NCBI RefSeq assembly: GCF_000195955.2
Contig: NC_000962.3
Coordinates: 3,780,001 to 3,812,000 of the forward strand
Reading direction: 5' to 3'
Origin: Mycobacterium tuberculosis H37Rv
Lineage (GTDB): Bacteria; Actinomycetota; Actinomycetes; Mycobacteriales; Mycobacteriaceae
Length of the DNA stretch: 32,000 nt
A program made the position numbers and the translations under genes. The notes beneath the pieces were generated by a model, which did no database searches, was not told the DNA's origin, and worked only from the letters and a program-made list of their open reading frames with translations. This document shows positions 1 through 8,620 of this stretch, piece by piece (position 1 is the stretch's first letter; the number at the start of each line of letters is the position of its first letter).

Positions 1-1
1 G

Positions 2-334
2 AGCACGTCGAGCATCCCCTTCGACGCCCACGGGGGTAACGGCGGCGCTGGTGGCGACGCTGGTCACGGCGGAACGGGCGGCGACGGCGGTGACGGGGGG
101 CATGCCGGCACCGGTGGACGTGGCGGGTTACTGGCCGGCCAGCACGCCAACTCCGGCAATGGCGGTGGCGGCGGTACCGGCGGTGCCGGGGGCACCCATG
201 GCACCCCCGGCAGCGGCAACGCAGGCGGCACCGGCACCGGTAACGCTGACAGCACAAACGGCGGGCCAGGCAGCGACGGCCTCGGCGGGGACGCGTTTAA
301 CGGCAGTCGCGGCACCGACGGCAACCCCGGCTAA
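2..334 (+). CDS. PE_PGRS51: C-terminal part of a PE_PGRS family protein (5' truncated by window; PE_PGRS51 by context)
   Basis: Frame 2 reads ...[30 protein letters not shown]...GTDGNPG* with Gly-Gly-X repeats, stop TAA 332-334. The listed + frame ORF at 51 is a different frame. Confidence 0.85.
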   Translation, partial: STSSIPFDAHGGNGGAGGDAGHGGTGGDGGDGGHAGTGGRGGLLAGQHANSGNGGGGGTGGAGGTHGTPGSGNAGGTGTGNADSTNGGPGSDGLGGDAFNGSRGTDGNPG

Positions 335-979
335 TTACCAGCCGTTCCAGTGCGTCACGCTCTCGGCCGGCAGCCGCTTGGCCGGCCGGAAGTCGATGCC
401 TTGTGTGTAGGCGATCGGAAGCAGCCCGCCTTGGCTGTATTCGTCGTAGGGAATGCCGAGCACGTCGGCCACCTTGTGCTCGCCGTTGTCGAGCAGGTGC
501 AGCGTCGTCCAGCACGAACCCAGCCCGCGGGAGCGCAGCGCCAGGCAGAAGCTCCACACCGCCGGGAACAGTGAGGCCCAAAACGACACGCCACCCACCG
601 CCGACTCGTCTTCCCGGCCTTTCAGGCAGGGGATCAGCAGCACCGGCGCCCGGTGCATGTGTTCGGCGAGATAGGTCGCCGAATCGCGGACCCGCCCCAT
701 CCGCTCGCCGCGGGTGTCGCCGTCGGGGTACTCGGGCGCCGGCCCGCTGAGGTAGCCCCGGGCGTTGGCCAGGTAGACGTCGGCGATCGCCTTTTTCTTG
801 GCGGCGTCCTCGACGAACACCCACTGCCAGCCTTGGGAATTGGAACCGGTGGGCGCCTGCAGCGCCAGCTCGAGGCATTCCATCAGCACGTCGCGTGGCA
901 CCGGCTTGTCGAAATCGAGACGCTTGCGCACCGAGCGGGTAGTGGTCAGGACCTCGTCGACGGACAGGTTGAGGGTCAT
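335..979 (-). CDS. Nitroreductase-family oxidoreductase (Rv3368c-like), 214 aa
   Basis: MTLNLSVDEVLTTTRSVRKRLDFDKPVPRDVLMECLELALQAPTGSNSQGWQWVFVED is a typical nitroreductase N-terminus (TxRSVRxF, APTGSNxQ). Confidence 0.85.
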   Translation of the reverse strand: MTLNLSVDEVLTTTRSVRKRLDFDKPVPRDVLMECLELALQAPTGSNSQGWQWVFVEDAAKKKAIADVYLANARGYLSGPAPEYPDGDTRGERMGRVRDSATYLAEHMHRAPVLLIPCLKGREDESAVGGVSFWASLFPAVWSFCLALRSRGLGSCWTTLHLLDNGEHKVADVLGIPYDEYSQGGLLPIAYTQGIDFRPAKRLPAESVTHWNGW

Positions 980-1412
980 GTGGGCAGGCTACCGTTGGGC
1001 CATGAGCGTCGAACTGACACAAGAGGTTTCTGCCAGGCTCACGTCCGACCTTTACGGGTGGTTGACCACCGTCGCCCGATCGGGGCAGCCGGTTCCGCGG
1101 CTGGTGTGGTTCTACTTCGACGGGACCGACCTGACGGTGTACTCCATGCCTCAGGCGGCCAAGGTCGCCCACATCACCGCCCATCCGCAGGTCAGCCTGA
1201 ACCTGGACTCCGACGGCAACGGCGCCGGGATCATCGTGGTGGGCGGGACGGCGGCGGTGGTGGCCACCGATGTCGACTGCCGCGACGACGCGCCGTATTG
1301 GGCCAAGTACCGCGAGGATGCCGCGAAGTTCGGGCTGACCGAGGCGATCGCCGCCTACAGCACCCGGCTGAAGATCACCCCGACCCGGGTGTGGACGACG
1401 CCCACGGGCTGA
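978..1412 (+). CDS. PNPOx/F420-dependent split-barrel family protein (Rv3369-like), 144 aa; alternative start at 1002
   Basis: ORF ...MSVELTQEVSARLTSDLYGWLTTVARSGQPVPRLVWFYFDGTDLTVYSMP...KVAHITAHPQVSLNLDSDGNG. The start at 978 overlaps the divergent ATG at 979; ATG 1002 is also possible. Confidence 0.8.
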   Translation: MWAGYRWAMSVELTQEVSARLTSDLYGWLTTVARSGQPVPRLVWFYFDGTDLTVYSMPQAAKVAHITAHPQVSLNLDSDGNGAGIIVVGGTAAVVATDVDCRDDAPYWAKYREDAAKFGLTEAIAAYSTRLKITPTRVWTTPTG

Positions 1413-1500
1413 GCGGGCTGGCCCCCGCTCGCCGCCAGAGTGAAATCCACGACGCGTTTGCGGCGTGTCGCGTCGCCCGTTTCACTGTCGGCGCAGAGGT

Positions 1501-4500
1501 TCACCGGAAGTCGCGCGAGCGCGCGCCGACCGCCAGGGTGAGGCGGCCCATCCGTTCGGCGACGACGGTGATTGCGCCGCTGGCGTTTTGGACCTGGCCG
1601 CGGATCAGCAGCGCCGGCGCCGTGTGCGCGAGCTTGCGGTGTCGCGCCCACACCCCGGGCGTGCAGAGCACGTTGACCATCCCGGTCTCGTCTTCGAGGT
1701 TGATGAACGTCACCCCCTGGGCCGTGGCGGGTCGCTGCCGATGAGTCACCGCGCCGGCGATCAGCACGCGGTCGCCGTCGGACACCGATCCCAGCCTCTC
1801 GGCGGGCAGCACCCCCATCGCGTCCAGGTCCGCCCGCAGGAACTGGGTCGGATAGCTGTCCGGGGAGACGCCGGTGGCCCACACGTCGGCGGCGGCCAGC
1901 TCCAGCTCGCTCATCCCCGGCAGCGCCGGGATGTGCGACGACGAGCCCACCCCGGGTAACCGGTCCGGCCGGCCCGTGGCCGCGGCCCCGGCCGCCCACA
2001 GCGCCTCCCGCCGAGACATGCCGAAGCAGCCCAGCGCCCCGGCCGTCGCCAGCGCTTCGACCTGCGGCACGGAAAGCTGCACCCGCGACGTCAAGTCCGG
2101 CAGGGAGGTGAACGGGCCGTTGGCTGTTCGCTCCGCGACCAGCTTCTCGGCCAGCTCGGCGCCGAGGTAGCGGACGGCGCCCAAGCCCAAACGCACCTCC
2201 GTTCCGGCGTTCTCACACGTGGCGTGCGCCAGGCTGGCATTGACACACGGGCCGTGCACCGCCACGCCGTGCCGGCGGGCGTCGGCCACCAGCGACTGCG
2301 GCGAATAGAAACCCATCGGCTGGGCGCGCAGCAGCGCCGCACAGAACGCCGCCGGGTGGTGCAGCTTGAACCACGCCGAGTAGAACACCAGCGACGCGAA
2401 ACTCAGTGCGTGGCTCTCGGGGAAGCCGAAATTGGCAAACGCCTCCAGCTTTTCGTAGATCCGGTCGATCACCTCGTCGGGGGCGCCGTGCAGCGCGCGC
2501 ATGCCGTCGTAGAACCGGCCGCGCAGCCGGCGCATGCGTTCGGTGGAGCGTTTGGACCCCATGGCGCGGCGCAGCTGGTCGGCCTCGGCGGCGGAAAAGC
2601 CGGCGCAGTCGACCGCCAACTGCATCAGCTGCTCCTGAAACAGCGGCACTCCCAGCGTCTTTCGCAATGCCGGCGCCATCGACGGGTGCTCGTAGATGAC
2701 CGGGTCGACGCCGTTGCGCCGCCGGATGTAGGGGTGCACCGATCCGCCCTGGATGGGCCCGGGGCGGATCAGCGCCACCTCCACCACCAGGTCGTAGAAC
2801 ACTCGCGGCTTAAGGCGCGGCAGGGTGGCCATCTGCGCACGTGACTCCACCTGGAACACGCCGACGGAATCGGCGCGGGCCAGCATCTCATACACCGCCG
2901 GCTCGGAGAGGTCGAGGCGGGCCAGGTCCACCTCGATGCCCTTGTGCTCGGCCACCAGGTCTTTCGCATAGTGCAGCGCCGAGAGCATGCCCAGCCCGAG
3001 TAGGTCGAATTTCACCAAGCCGATTGCCGCGCAGTCGTCTTTGTCCCATTGCAGGACGCTGCGGTTGGCCATGCGCGCCCATTCCACCGGGCACACGTCG
3101 GCGATCGGGCGGTCGCAGATGACCATGCCGCCGGAGTGGATGCCTAGGTGCCGCGGCAGGTTGCGGATCTGGGTGGCCAGGTCGATCACCTGCTCGGGGA
3201 TGCCGTCAACGTCGTCGGCCTGCCCGGTCCAGTGGCTGACCTGCTTGCTCCACGCGTCCTGCTGGCCCGGCGAGAAGCCCAGGGCGCGGGCCATGTCACG
3301 CACCGCGCTGCGCCCCCGGTAGGTGATGACGTTGGCGACCTGGGCGGCGTAGTCGCGGCCGTATTTGTGGTAGACGTACTGGATGACCTTTTCGCGCTGA
3401 TCCGACTCGATGTCGATGTCGATGTCGGGTGGCCCGTCGCGGGCGGGCGATAAGAAGCGCTCGAACAACAGCTCGTTGGCCACCGGGTCGACGGCGGTGA
3501 CGCCCAGGGCATAGCAGACCGCGGAGTTGGCCGCCGATCCCCTGCCCTGACACAGGATGTCGTTGTCCCGGCAAAACCGGGTGATGTCGTGCACCACCAG
3601 GAAGTAGCCCGGAAATCTCAGTTGGGCAATGACTTTCAGCTCATGCTCGATCTGGGAGTACGCCCGGGGCGCGCTCTTGGGCGGCCCGTAACGCTCGCGG
3701 GCGCCCGCCATGACCAACGACCGCAGCCAGCTGTCCTCGGTGTGCCCGTCGGGAACATCGAACGGCGGCAGCCGCGGCGCGATGAGCTGTAGGCCAAAGG
3801 CGCACCGCTCGCCGAGCTCGGCGGCCGCGGTCACCGCCTCGGGGCACCACGCGAACAACCGGGCCATCTCCTCCCCGGACCGCAGGTGCGCCCCACCCAG
3901 CGGAGCCAGCCACCCGGCCGCGGAGTCCAGCGACCGCCGGGCCCGGATGGCCGCCATCGCCATCGCCAGCCGCCCACGTGACGGATCCGCGAAGTGCGCC
4001 CCGGTGGTGGCGACGATGCCGACACCGAAGCGCGGCGCCAGTCCGGCCAGCGCGGCGTTGCGTTCGTCGTCGAGCGGGTGACCATGATGGGTCAGCTCGA
4101 TGCTGACCCGGCTGGGGGTGAACCGGTCCACCAGATCGGCCAGCGCCCGCTGCGCCGCGGCCGGGCCACCCTGGGAAAGCGCTTGGCGCACATGGCCTTT
4201 GCGGCAGCCAGTCAGGATGTGCCAGTGCCCGCCGGCGGCCTCGGTTAGCGCGTCGAAGTCGTAGCGCGGCTTACCCTTTTCGCCGCCGGCCAGATGCGCC
4301 GCCGCCAGTTGCCGCGACAACCGCCGGTAGCCTTCCGGGCCGCGGGCCAACACCAGCAGGTGCGGGCCGGGCGGATCCGGCCGCTCGGTGCGAGCCGTGG
4401 CGCCCAGTGACAGCTCGGCGCCGAAGACCGTGCGCACGTCGAGTTCCGCGGCCGCTTCGGCGAACCGCACCGCCCCGTACAGGCCGTCGTGGTCGGTCAG

Positions 4501-4740
4501 CGCCAGGGCACACAGGCCCAGCCGGGCGGCCTCCTCGACCAACTCCTCGGGCGTGCTGGCCCCGTCGAGGAAGCTGTACGCCGAATGCGCATGCAGCTCG
4601 GCATACGCGACGGACGATCCGACCCGTTCCCGGCCCGGCGGCTGGTACGCCCCGCGCTTGCGGGACCGTGGGACGTCCCCATCCGCGTCGAACGCCGGCA
4701 CCCCGGCATGGCGCGGCTTGCCGTTAAGCACCCGTTCCAT
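1501..4740 (-). CDS. dnaE2: Error-prone DNA polymerase III alpha subunit DnaE2, 1079 aa from the ATG at 4740 (ORF open to 4797)
   Basis: PHP domain YAELHAHSAYSFLDGASTPEELVEEAARLGLCALALTDHDGLYG; polymerase blocks PDIDIDIESDQREKVIQYVYHKYG, FPESHALSFASLVFYSAWFKLHHPAAFCAALL; C-terminal OB domain. The SOS box overlaps the upstream TTG start, favouring the downstream ATG. Confidence 0.96.
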   Translation of the reverse strand: MERVLNGKPRHAGVPAFDADGDVPRSRKRGAYQPPGRERVGSSVAYAELHAHSAYSFLDGASTPEELVEEAARLGLCALALTDHDGLYGAVRFAEAAAELDVRTVFGAELSLGATARTERPDPPGPHLLVLARGPEGYRRLSRQLAAAHLAGGEKGKPRYDFDALTEAAGGHWHILTGCRKGHVRQALSQGGPAAAQRALADLVDRFTPSRVSIELTHHGHPLDDERNAALAGLAPRFGVGIVATTGAHFADPSRGRLAMAMAAIRARRSLDSAAGWLAPLGGAHLRSGEEMARLFAWCPEAVTAAAELGERCAFGLQLIAPRLPPFDVPDGHTEDSWLRSLVMAGARERYGPPKSAPRAYSQIEHELKVIAQLRFPGYFLVVHDITRFCRDNDILCQGRGSAANSAVCYALGVTAVDPVANELLFERFLSPARDGPPDIDIDIESDQREKVIQYVYHKYGRDYAAQVANVITYRGRSAVRDMARALGFSPGQQDAWSKQVSHWTGQADDVDGIPEQVIDLATQIRNLPRHLGIHSGGMVICDRPIADVCPVEWARMANRSVLQWDKDDCAAIGLVKFDLLGLGMLSALHYAKDLVAEHKGIEVDLARLDLSEPAVYEMLARADSVGVFQVESRAQMATLPRLKPRVFYDLVVEVALIRPGPIQGGSVHPYIRRRNGVDPVIYEHPSMAPALRKTLGVPLFQEQLMQLAVDCAGFSAAEADQLRRAMGSKRSTERMRRLRGRFYDGMRALHGAPDEVIDRIYEKLEAFANFGFPESHALSFASLVFYSAWFKLHHPAAFCAALLRAQPMGFYSPQSLVADARRHGVAVHGPCVNASLAHATCENAGTEVRLGLGAVRYLGAELAEKLVAERTANGPFTSLPDLTSRVQLSVPQVEALATAGALGCFGMSRREALWAAGAAATGRPDRLPGVGSSSHIPALPGMSELELAAADVWATGVSPDSYPTQFLRADLDAMGVLPAERLGSVSDGDRVLIAGAVTHRQRPATAQGVTFINLEDETGMVNVLCTPGVWARHRKLAHTAPALLIRGQVQNASGAITVVAERMGRLTLAVGARSRDFR

Positions 4741-4789
4741 TTCCGCCCAGCTCGGCGGCCCGTTGCTCCACCCCACATTCCACAGTATA

Positions 4790-4805
4790 TCGAACAATTG
4801 TTCGA
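4790..4805. promoter_or_regulatory. LexA/SOS box upstream of dnaE2
   Basis: TCGAACAATTGTTCGA is a perfect 16-bp palindrome matching the mycobacterial LexA consensus TCGAAC-N4-GTTCGA. Confidence 0.93.
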
Positions 4806-4931
4806 TACAGCGCAGTTGTTCAGCACATCTTCACCTGCGAAACATGTTCTTAACCGTTTGGGCCTTCTGCTTCCGGTGCGGTCCGGCGGACACTTATACC
4901 TGGGGTCGCAAAACGACGGTGGGGACTTGTC

Positions 4932-6272
4932 ATGGCACAACTGACGGCACTGGATGCGGGTTTTCTCAAGTCCCGCGATCCGGAGCGGCACCCGGGCCTG
5001 GCGATCGGCGCAGTTGCCGTCGTCAACGGTGCCGCCCCCAGCTACGACCAGCTCAAAACGGTTCTCACAGAACGGATTAAGTCGATACCTCGATGTACCC
5101 AGGTGTTGGCGACCGAGTGGATCGACTATCCGGGATTCGACCTCACCCAGCACGTGCGACGGGTGGCGCTTCCCCGGCCCGGCGACGAAGCCGAGCTGTT
5201 CCGGGCCATCGCGCTGGCACTGGAGCGTCCCCTCGACCCGGACCGCCCGCTGTGGGAATGCTGGATCATCGAAGGCCTCAACGGCAACCGCTGGGCGATC
5301 TTGATAAAAATCCACCATTGCATGGCCGGCGCCATGTCGGCGGCCCACCTGCTGGCCAGGCTCTGCGACGATGCCGACGGCAGTGCCTTCGCTAACAATG
5401 TTGATATCAAACAGATTCCGCCGTATGGCGATGCGCGGAGCTGGGCCGAAACGCTGTGGCGAATGTCCGTCAGCATCGCTGGCGCCGTCTGCACGGCCGC
5501 GGCACGCGCCGTCAGCTGGCCGGCAGTGACGTCACCGGCCGGCCCGGTCACCACCAGGCGGCGGTACCAAGCGGTGCGCGTTCCCCGCGACGCCGTCGAC
5601 GCCGTGTGCCACAAGTTCGGGGTGACCGCCAACGACGTCGCGCTCGCGGCCATCACCGAGGGCTTCCGAACGGTTCTGCTGCACCGCGGCCAGCAACCGC
5701 GCGCCGACTCACTGCGTACCCTGGAGAAAACCGATGGCAGCTCGGCCATGCTGCCCTATCTCCCCGTCGAGTACGACGACCCGGTGCGGCGATTGCGCAC
5801 CGTGCACAACCGGTCACAGCAGAGCGGCCGTCGTCAACCCGACAGTCTGTCGGACTATACGCCTCTCATGTTGTGCGCCAAGATGATTCACGCGCTAGCT
5901 CGGTTACCGCAACAAGGCATCGTCACCCTGGCGACCAGTGCACCCAGGCCACGCCACCAGTTACGGCTGATGGGCCAGAAGATGGACCAGGTGCTGCCCA
6001 TCCCGCCCACCGCACTGCAGCTGAGCACCGGGATCGCGGTCCTCAGCTACGGCGATGAGCTGGTGTTCGGCATCACCGCTGACTATGACGCCGCGTCCGA
6101 AATGCAGCAGCTGGTCAACGGTATCGAACTGGGTGTGGCGCGTCTGGTGGCGCTCAGCGACGATTCCGTGCTGCTGTTTACCAAGGATCGGCGTAAGCGT
6201 TCATCCCGCGCACTCCCCAGCGCCGCGCGGCGGGGGCGGCCCTCTGTGCCGACCGCCCGAGCGCGTCACTGA
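4932..6272 (+). CDS. Wax ester synthase / diacylglycerol acyltransferase (WS/DGAT) family protein (Rv3371-like), 446 aa
   Basis: MAQLTALDAGFLKSRDPERHPGLAIGAVAVVNG start, FDLTQHVRRVALPRPGDEAELFRAIALALERPLDPDRPLWECWIIEGLNGNRWAILIKIHHCMAGAMSAAH; C-terminal ISTGIAVLSYGDELVFGITADYD. Confidence 0.9.
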   Translation: MAQLTALDAGFLKSRDPERHPGLAIGAVAVVNGAAPSYDQLKTVLTERIKSIPRCTQVLATEWIDYPGFDLTQHVRRVALPRPGDEAELFRAIALALERPLDPDRPLWECWIIEGLNGNRWAILIKIHHCMAGAMSAAHLLARLCDDADGSAFANNVDIKQIPPYGDARSWAETLWRMSVSIAGAVCTAAARAVSWPAVTSPAGPVTTRRRYQAVRVPRDAVDAVCHKFGVTANDVALAAITEGFRTVLLHRGQQPRADSLRTLEKTDGSSAMLPYLPVEYDDPVRRLRTVHNRSQQSGRRQPDSLSDYTPLMLCAKMIHALARLPQQGIVTLATSAPRPRHQLRLMGQKMDQVLPIPPTALQLSTGIAVLSYGDELVFGITADYDAASEMQQLVNGIELGVARLVALSDDSVLLFTKDRRKRSSRALPSAARRGRPSVPTARARH

Positions 6273-6313
6273 CGCCATCTCCGTCGGCGTTGACCCCCGT
6301 GAGAGGGTGGGTC

Positions 6314-7489
6314 GTGCGCAAGTTGGGCCCGGTCACCATCGATCCGCGCCGCCATGACGCGGTGCTGTTCGACACCACGTTGGACGCCACCCAGGAACTG
6401 GTCCGGCAACTCCAGGAAGTCGGTGTGGGCACCGGCGTCTTCGGTAGTGGCCTAGACGTTCCGATCGTAGCGGCCGGCCGTCTGGCGGTGCGGCCGGGCC
6501 GGTGCGTGGTCGTCTCGGCCCACTCGGCGGGCGTCACGGCCGCACGCGAAAGCGGATTTGCGCTGATCATCGGTGTCGACCGCACCGGGTGTCGGGACGC
6601 ATTGCGTCGCGACGGCGCCGACACGGTGGTCACCGACCTAAGCGAGGTCAGCGTGCGCACCGGGGACCGACGCATGTCGCAGCTGCCCGACGCGTTACAG
6701 GCACTCGGCCTGGCCGACGGCCTGGTCGCCCGGCAGCCCGCGGTGTTCTTCGACTTCGACGGCACGCTGTCCGACATTGTCGAGGATCCCGACGCGGCCT
6801 GGCTCGCCCCCGGTGCCTTGGAGGCACTGCAGAAGTTGGCCGCGCGCTGTCCGATCGCGGTGCTCAGTGGCCGCGACCTGGCCGACGTGACACAGCGGGT
6901 GGGTCTGCCCGGCATCTGGTATGCCGGCAGCCATGGTTTCGAATTGACCGCACCCGACGGAACGCACCACCAGAACGACGCCGCGGCGGCAGCCATACCG
7001 GTGCTGAAACAGGCGGCTGCCGAGCTGCGCCAGCAACTTGGACCCTTCCCGGGTGTTGTGGTGGAGCACAAGCGGTTTGGCGTCGCCGTGCACTACCGCA
7101 ACGCGGCCCGGGACCGGGTCGGCGAAGTCGCCGCGGCGGTGCGCACGGCCGAGCAGCGTCATGCGCTGCGGGTGACGACGGGCCGCGAAGTCATCGAGTT
7201 GCGTCCCGATGTCGACTGGGACAAGGGGAAAACGCTGCTGTGGGTTCTTGACCATCTGCCGCATTCGGGCTCGGCTCCCCTGGTGCCGATCTACCTCGGC
7301 GACGACATCACCGACGAGGACGCTTTCGATGTGGTCGGCCCCCATGGTGTTCCAATTGTGGTGCGCCACACCGACGACGGTGACCGCGCCACCGCCGCAC
7401 TGTTTGCGCTGGACAGTCCCGCACGGGTCGCGGAGTTCACCGATCGGCTGGCGCGTCAGCTCCGTGAGGCTCCCCTGCGGGCAACGTGA
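6314..7489 (+). CDS. otsB2: Trehalose-6-phosphate phosphatase OtsB2, 391 aa (GTG start; ORF open from 6290)
   Basis: HAD motif VFFDFDGTLSDIVEDPDAAW, WYAGSHGFELTAPDG, PIYLGDDITDEDAF; plus an N-terminal HAD-like domain. Confidence 0.93.
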   Translation: MRKLGPVTIDPRRHDAVLFDTTLDATQELVRQLQEVGVGTGVFGSGLDVPIVAAGRLAVRPGRCVVVSAHSAGVTAARESGFALIIGVDRTGCRDALRRDGADTVVTDLSEVSVRTGDRRMSQLPDALQALGLADGLVARQPAVFFDFDGTLSDIVEDPDAAWLAPGALEALQKLAARCPIAVLSGRDLADVTQRVGLPGIWYAGSHGFELTAPDGTHHQNDAAAAAIPVLKQAAAELRQQLGPFPGVVVEHKRFGVAVHYRNAARDRVGEVAAAVRTAEQRHALRVTTGREVIELRPDVDWDKGKTLLWVLDHLPHSGSAPLVPIYLGDDITDEDAFDVVGPHGVPIVVRHTDDGDRATAALFALDSPARVAEFTDRLARQLREAPLRAT

Positions 7490-7542
7490 GACGCGGTGCC
7501 GCCGCGGGCGATACGCTCCGACCGTCAACGAGGAGGACGGCC

Positions 7543-7647
7543 ATGTGGTTTGCATTGGTGAACCCGGAGATGCTGGCCGCGGCGGCGACAGACTTGGGCG
7601 GCATCAGGTCAGGGATCAGCGCCGCCTATGCGCGTCCTCTGCGGTGA
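7543..7647 (+). pseudogene. Short PE-family N-terminal remnant, 34 codons
   Basis: ATG...TGA translates to [34 protein letters not shown], closely resembling [28 protein letters not shown] of PE_PGRS52 in this window. Confidence 0.75.
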
Positions 7648-7725
7648 CCTGGCTGGTAGCTTAGGCACGTCTTTATCGACACCGGGTGCTGCCAGAGAAC
7701 TCGAGACGCGGCACAGGTCGGCACC

Positions 7726-8616
7726 ATGAGGCGGCGTGCAATGACGAAGATGGACGAGGCTAGCAATCCGTGCGGCGGGGACATCGAAGCTGAGATGTGC
7801 CAGTTGATGCGCGAGCAACCACCCGCCGAAGGCGTCGTCGATCGTGTCGCGCTGCAACGCCATCGAAACGTTGCGTTGATCACGCTGAGCCATCCGCAGG
7901 CGCAGAACGCACTCAACCTGGCGAGCTGGCGTCGGCTGAAGCGGCTGCTGGACGATCTCGCCGGCGAATCGGGGCTGCGGGCGGTGGTGCTGCGGGGCGC
8001 CGGTGACAAGGCGTTCGCCGCGGGTGCCGACATCAAGGAGTTTCCGAACACCCGCATGAGCGCCGCGGACGCCGCGGAGTACAACGAGAGCCTGGCCGTC
8101 TGCCTGAGGGCGTTGACCACGATGCCGATCCCAGTCATCGCGGCGGTCCGGGGGCTCGCCGTCGGTGGCGGCTGTGAGCTGGCGACGGCCTGCGATGTGT
8201 GCATCGCGACCGACGACGCGCGCTTCGGCATCCCGCTGGGCAAGCTCGGCGTCACGACGGGCTTCACCGAGGCGGACACCGTCGCGCGCCTCATCGGTCC
8301 GGCGGCGCTGAAGTATCTGTTGTTCAGCGGAGAACTGATCGGCATTGAGGAAGCCGCCCGCTGGTGATTGGTGCAAAAGGTCGTCGCACCACAGGATTTG
8401 GCGGCCGCGACGGCCAAACTGGTCGGCCAGGTCTGTCGGCAATCCGCGGTGACCATGCGTGCGGCGAAGGTGGTCGCCAACATGCACGGCCGAGCGCTGA
8501 CCGGCGCCGACACCGATGCGCTGATCCGGTTCGGTGTCGAAGCCTACGAGGGGGCGGACCTACGCGAAGGGGTGGCGGCCTTCAGCCAGGGACGCCCACC
8601 CAAATTTGATGATTAG
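7726..8616 (+). pseudogene. echA18: Enoyl-CoA hydratase/isomerase EchA18, interrupted by an in-frame TGA (annotated elsewhere as echA18 + echA18.1)
   Basis: Crotonase motifs NVALITLSHPQAQNALNLASWRRLKRLL, GDKAFAAGADIKEF, GGGCELATACDVCIATDDARFGIPLGKLGVTTGF. GAAGCCGCCCGCTGG-TGA-TTGGTGCAAAAGGTCGTC keeps the same frame, EEAARW*LVQKVVAP. Confidence 0.88.
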
Positions 8617-8620
8617 CGCC

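Noticed and set aside
653-1744. 363-aa + ORF over Rv3368c/Rv3369, and the other long ORFs antisense to dnaE2 (e.g. 2224..2844)
   Set aside because: Mirrors of strongly supported coding frames; no recognisable domains and unusual composition.
4741-4797. N-terminal extension of DnaE2 (MFDILWNVGWSNGPPSWAE)
   Set aside because: The TTG start falls inside the SOS palindrome; the ATG at 4740 is more plausible.
4838-4850. Second LexA-like site CGAAACATGTTCT near dnaE2
   Set aside because: Half-sites resemble GAAC/GTTC but the spacing is one nucleotide short and the outer bases do not match; weak compared with the perfect box at 4790.
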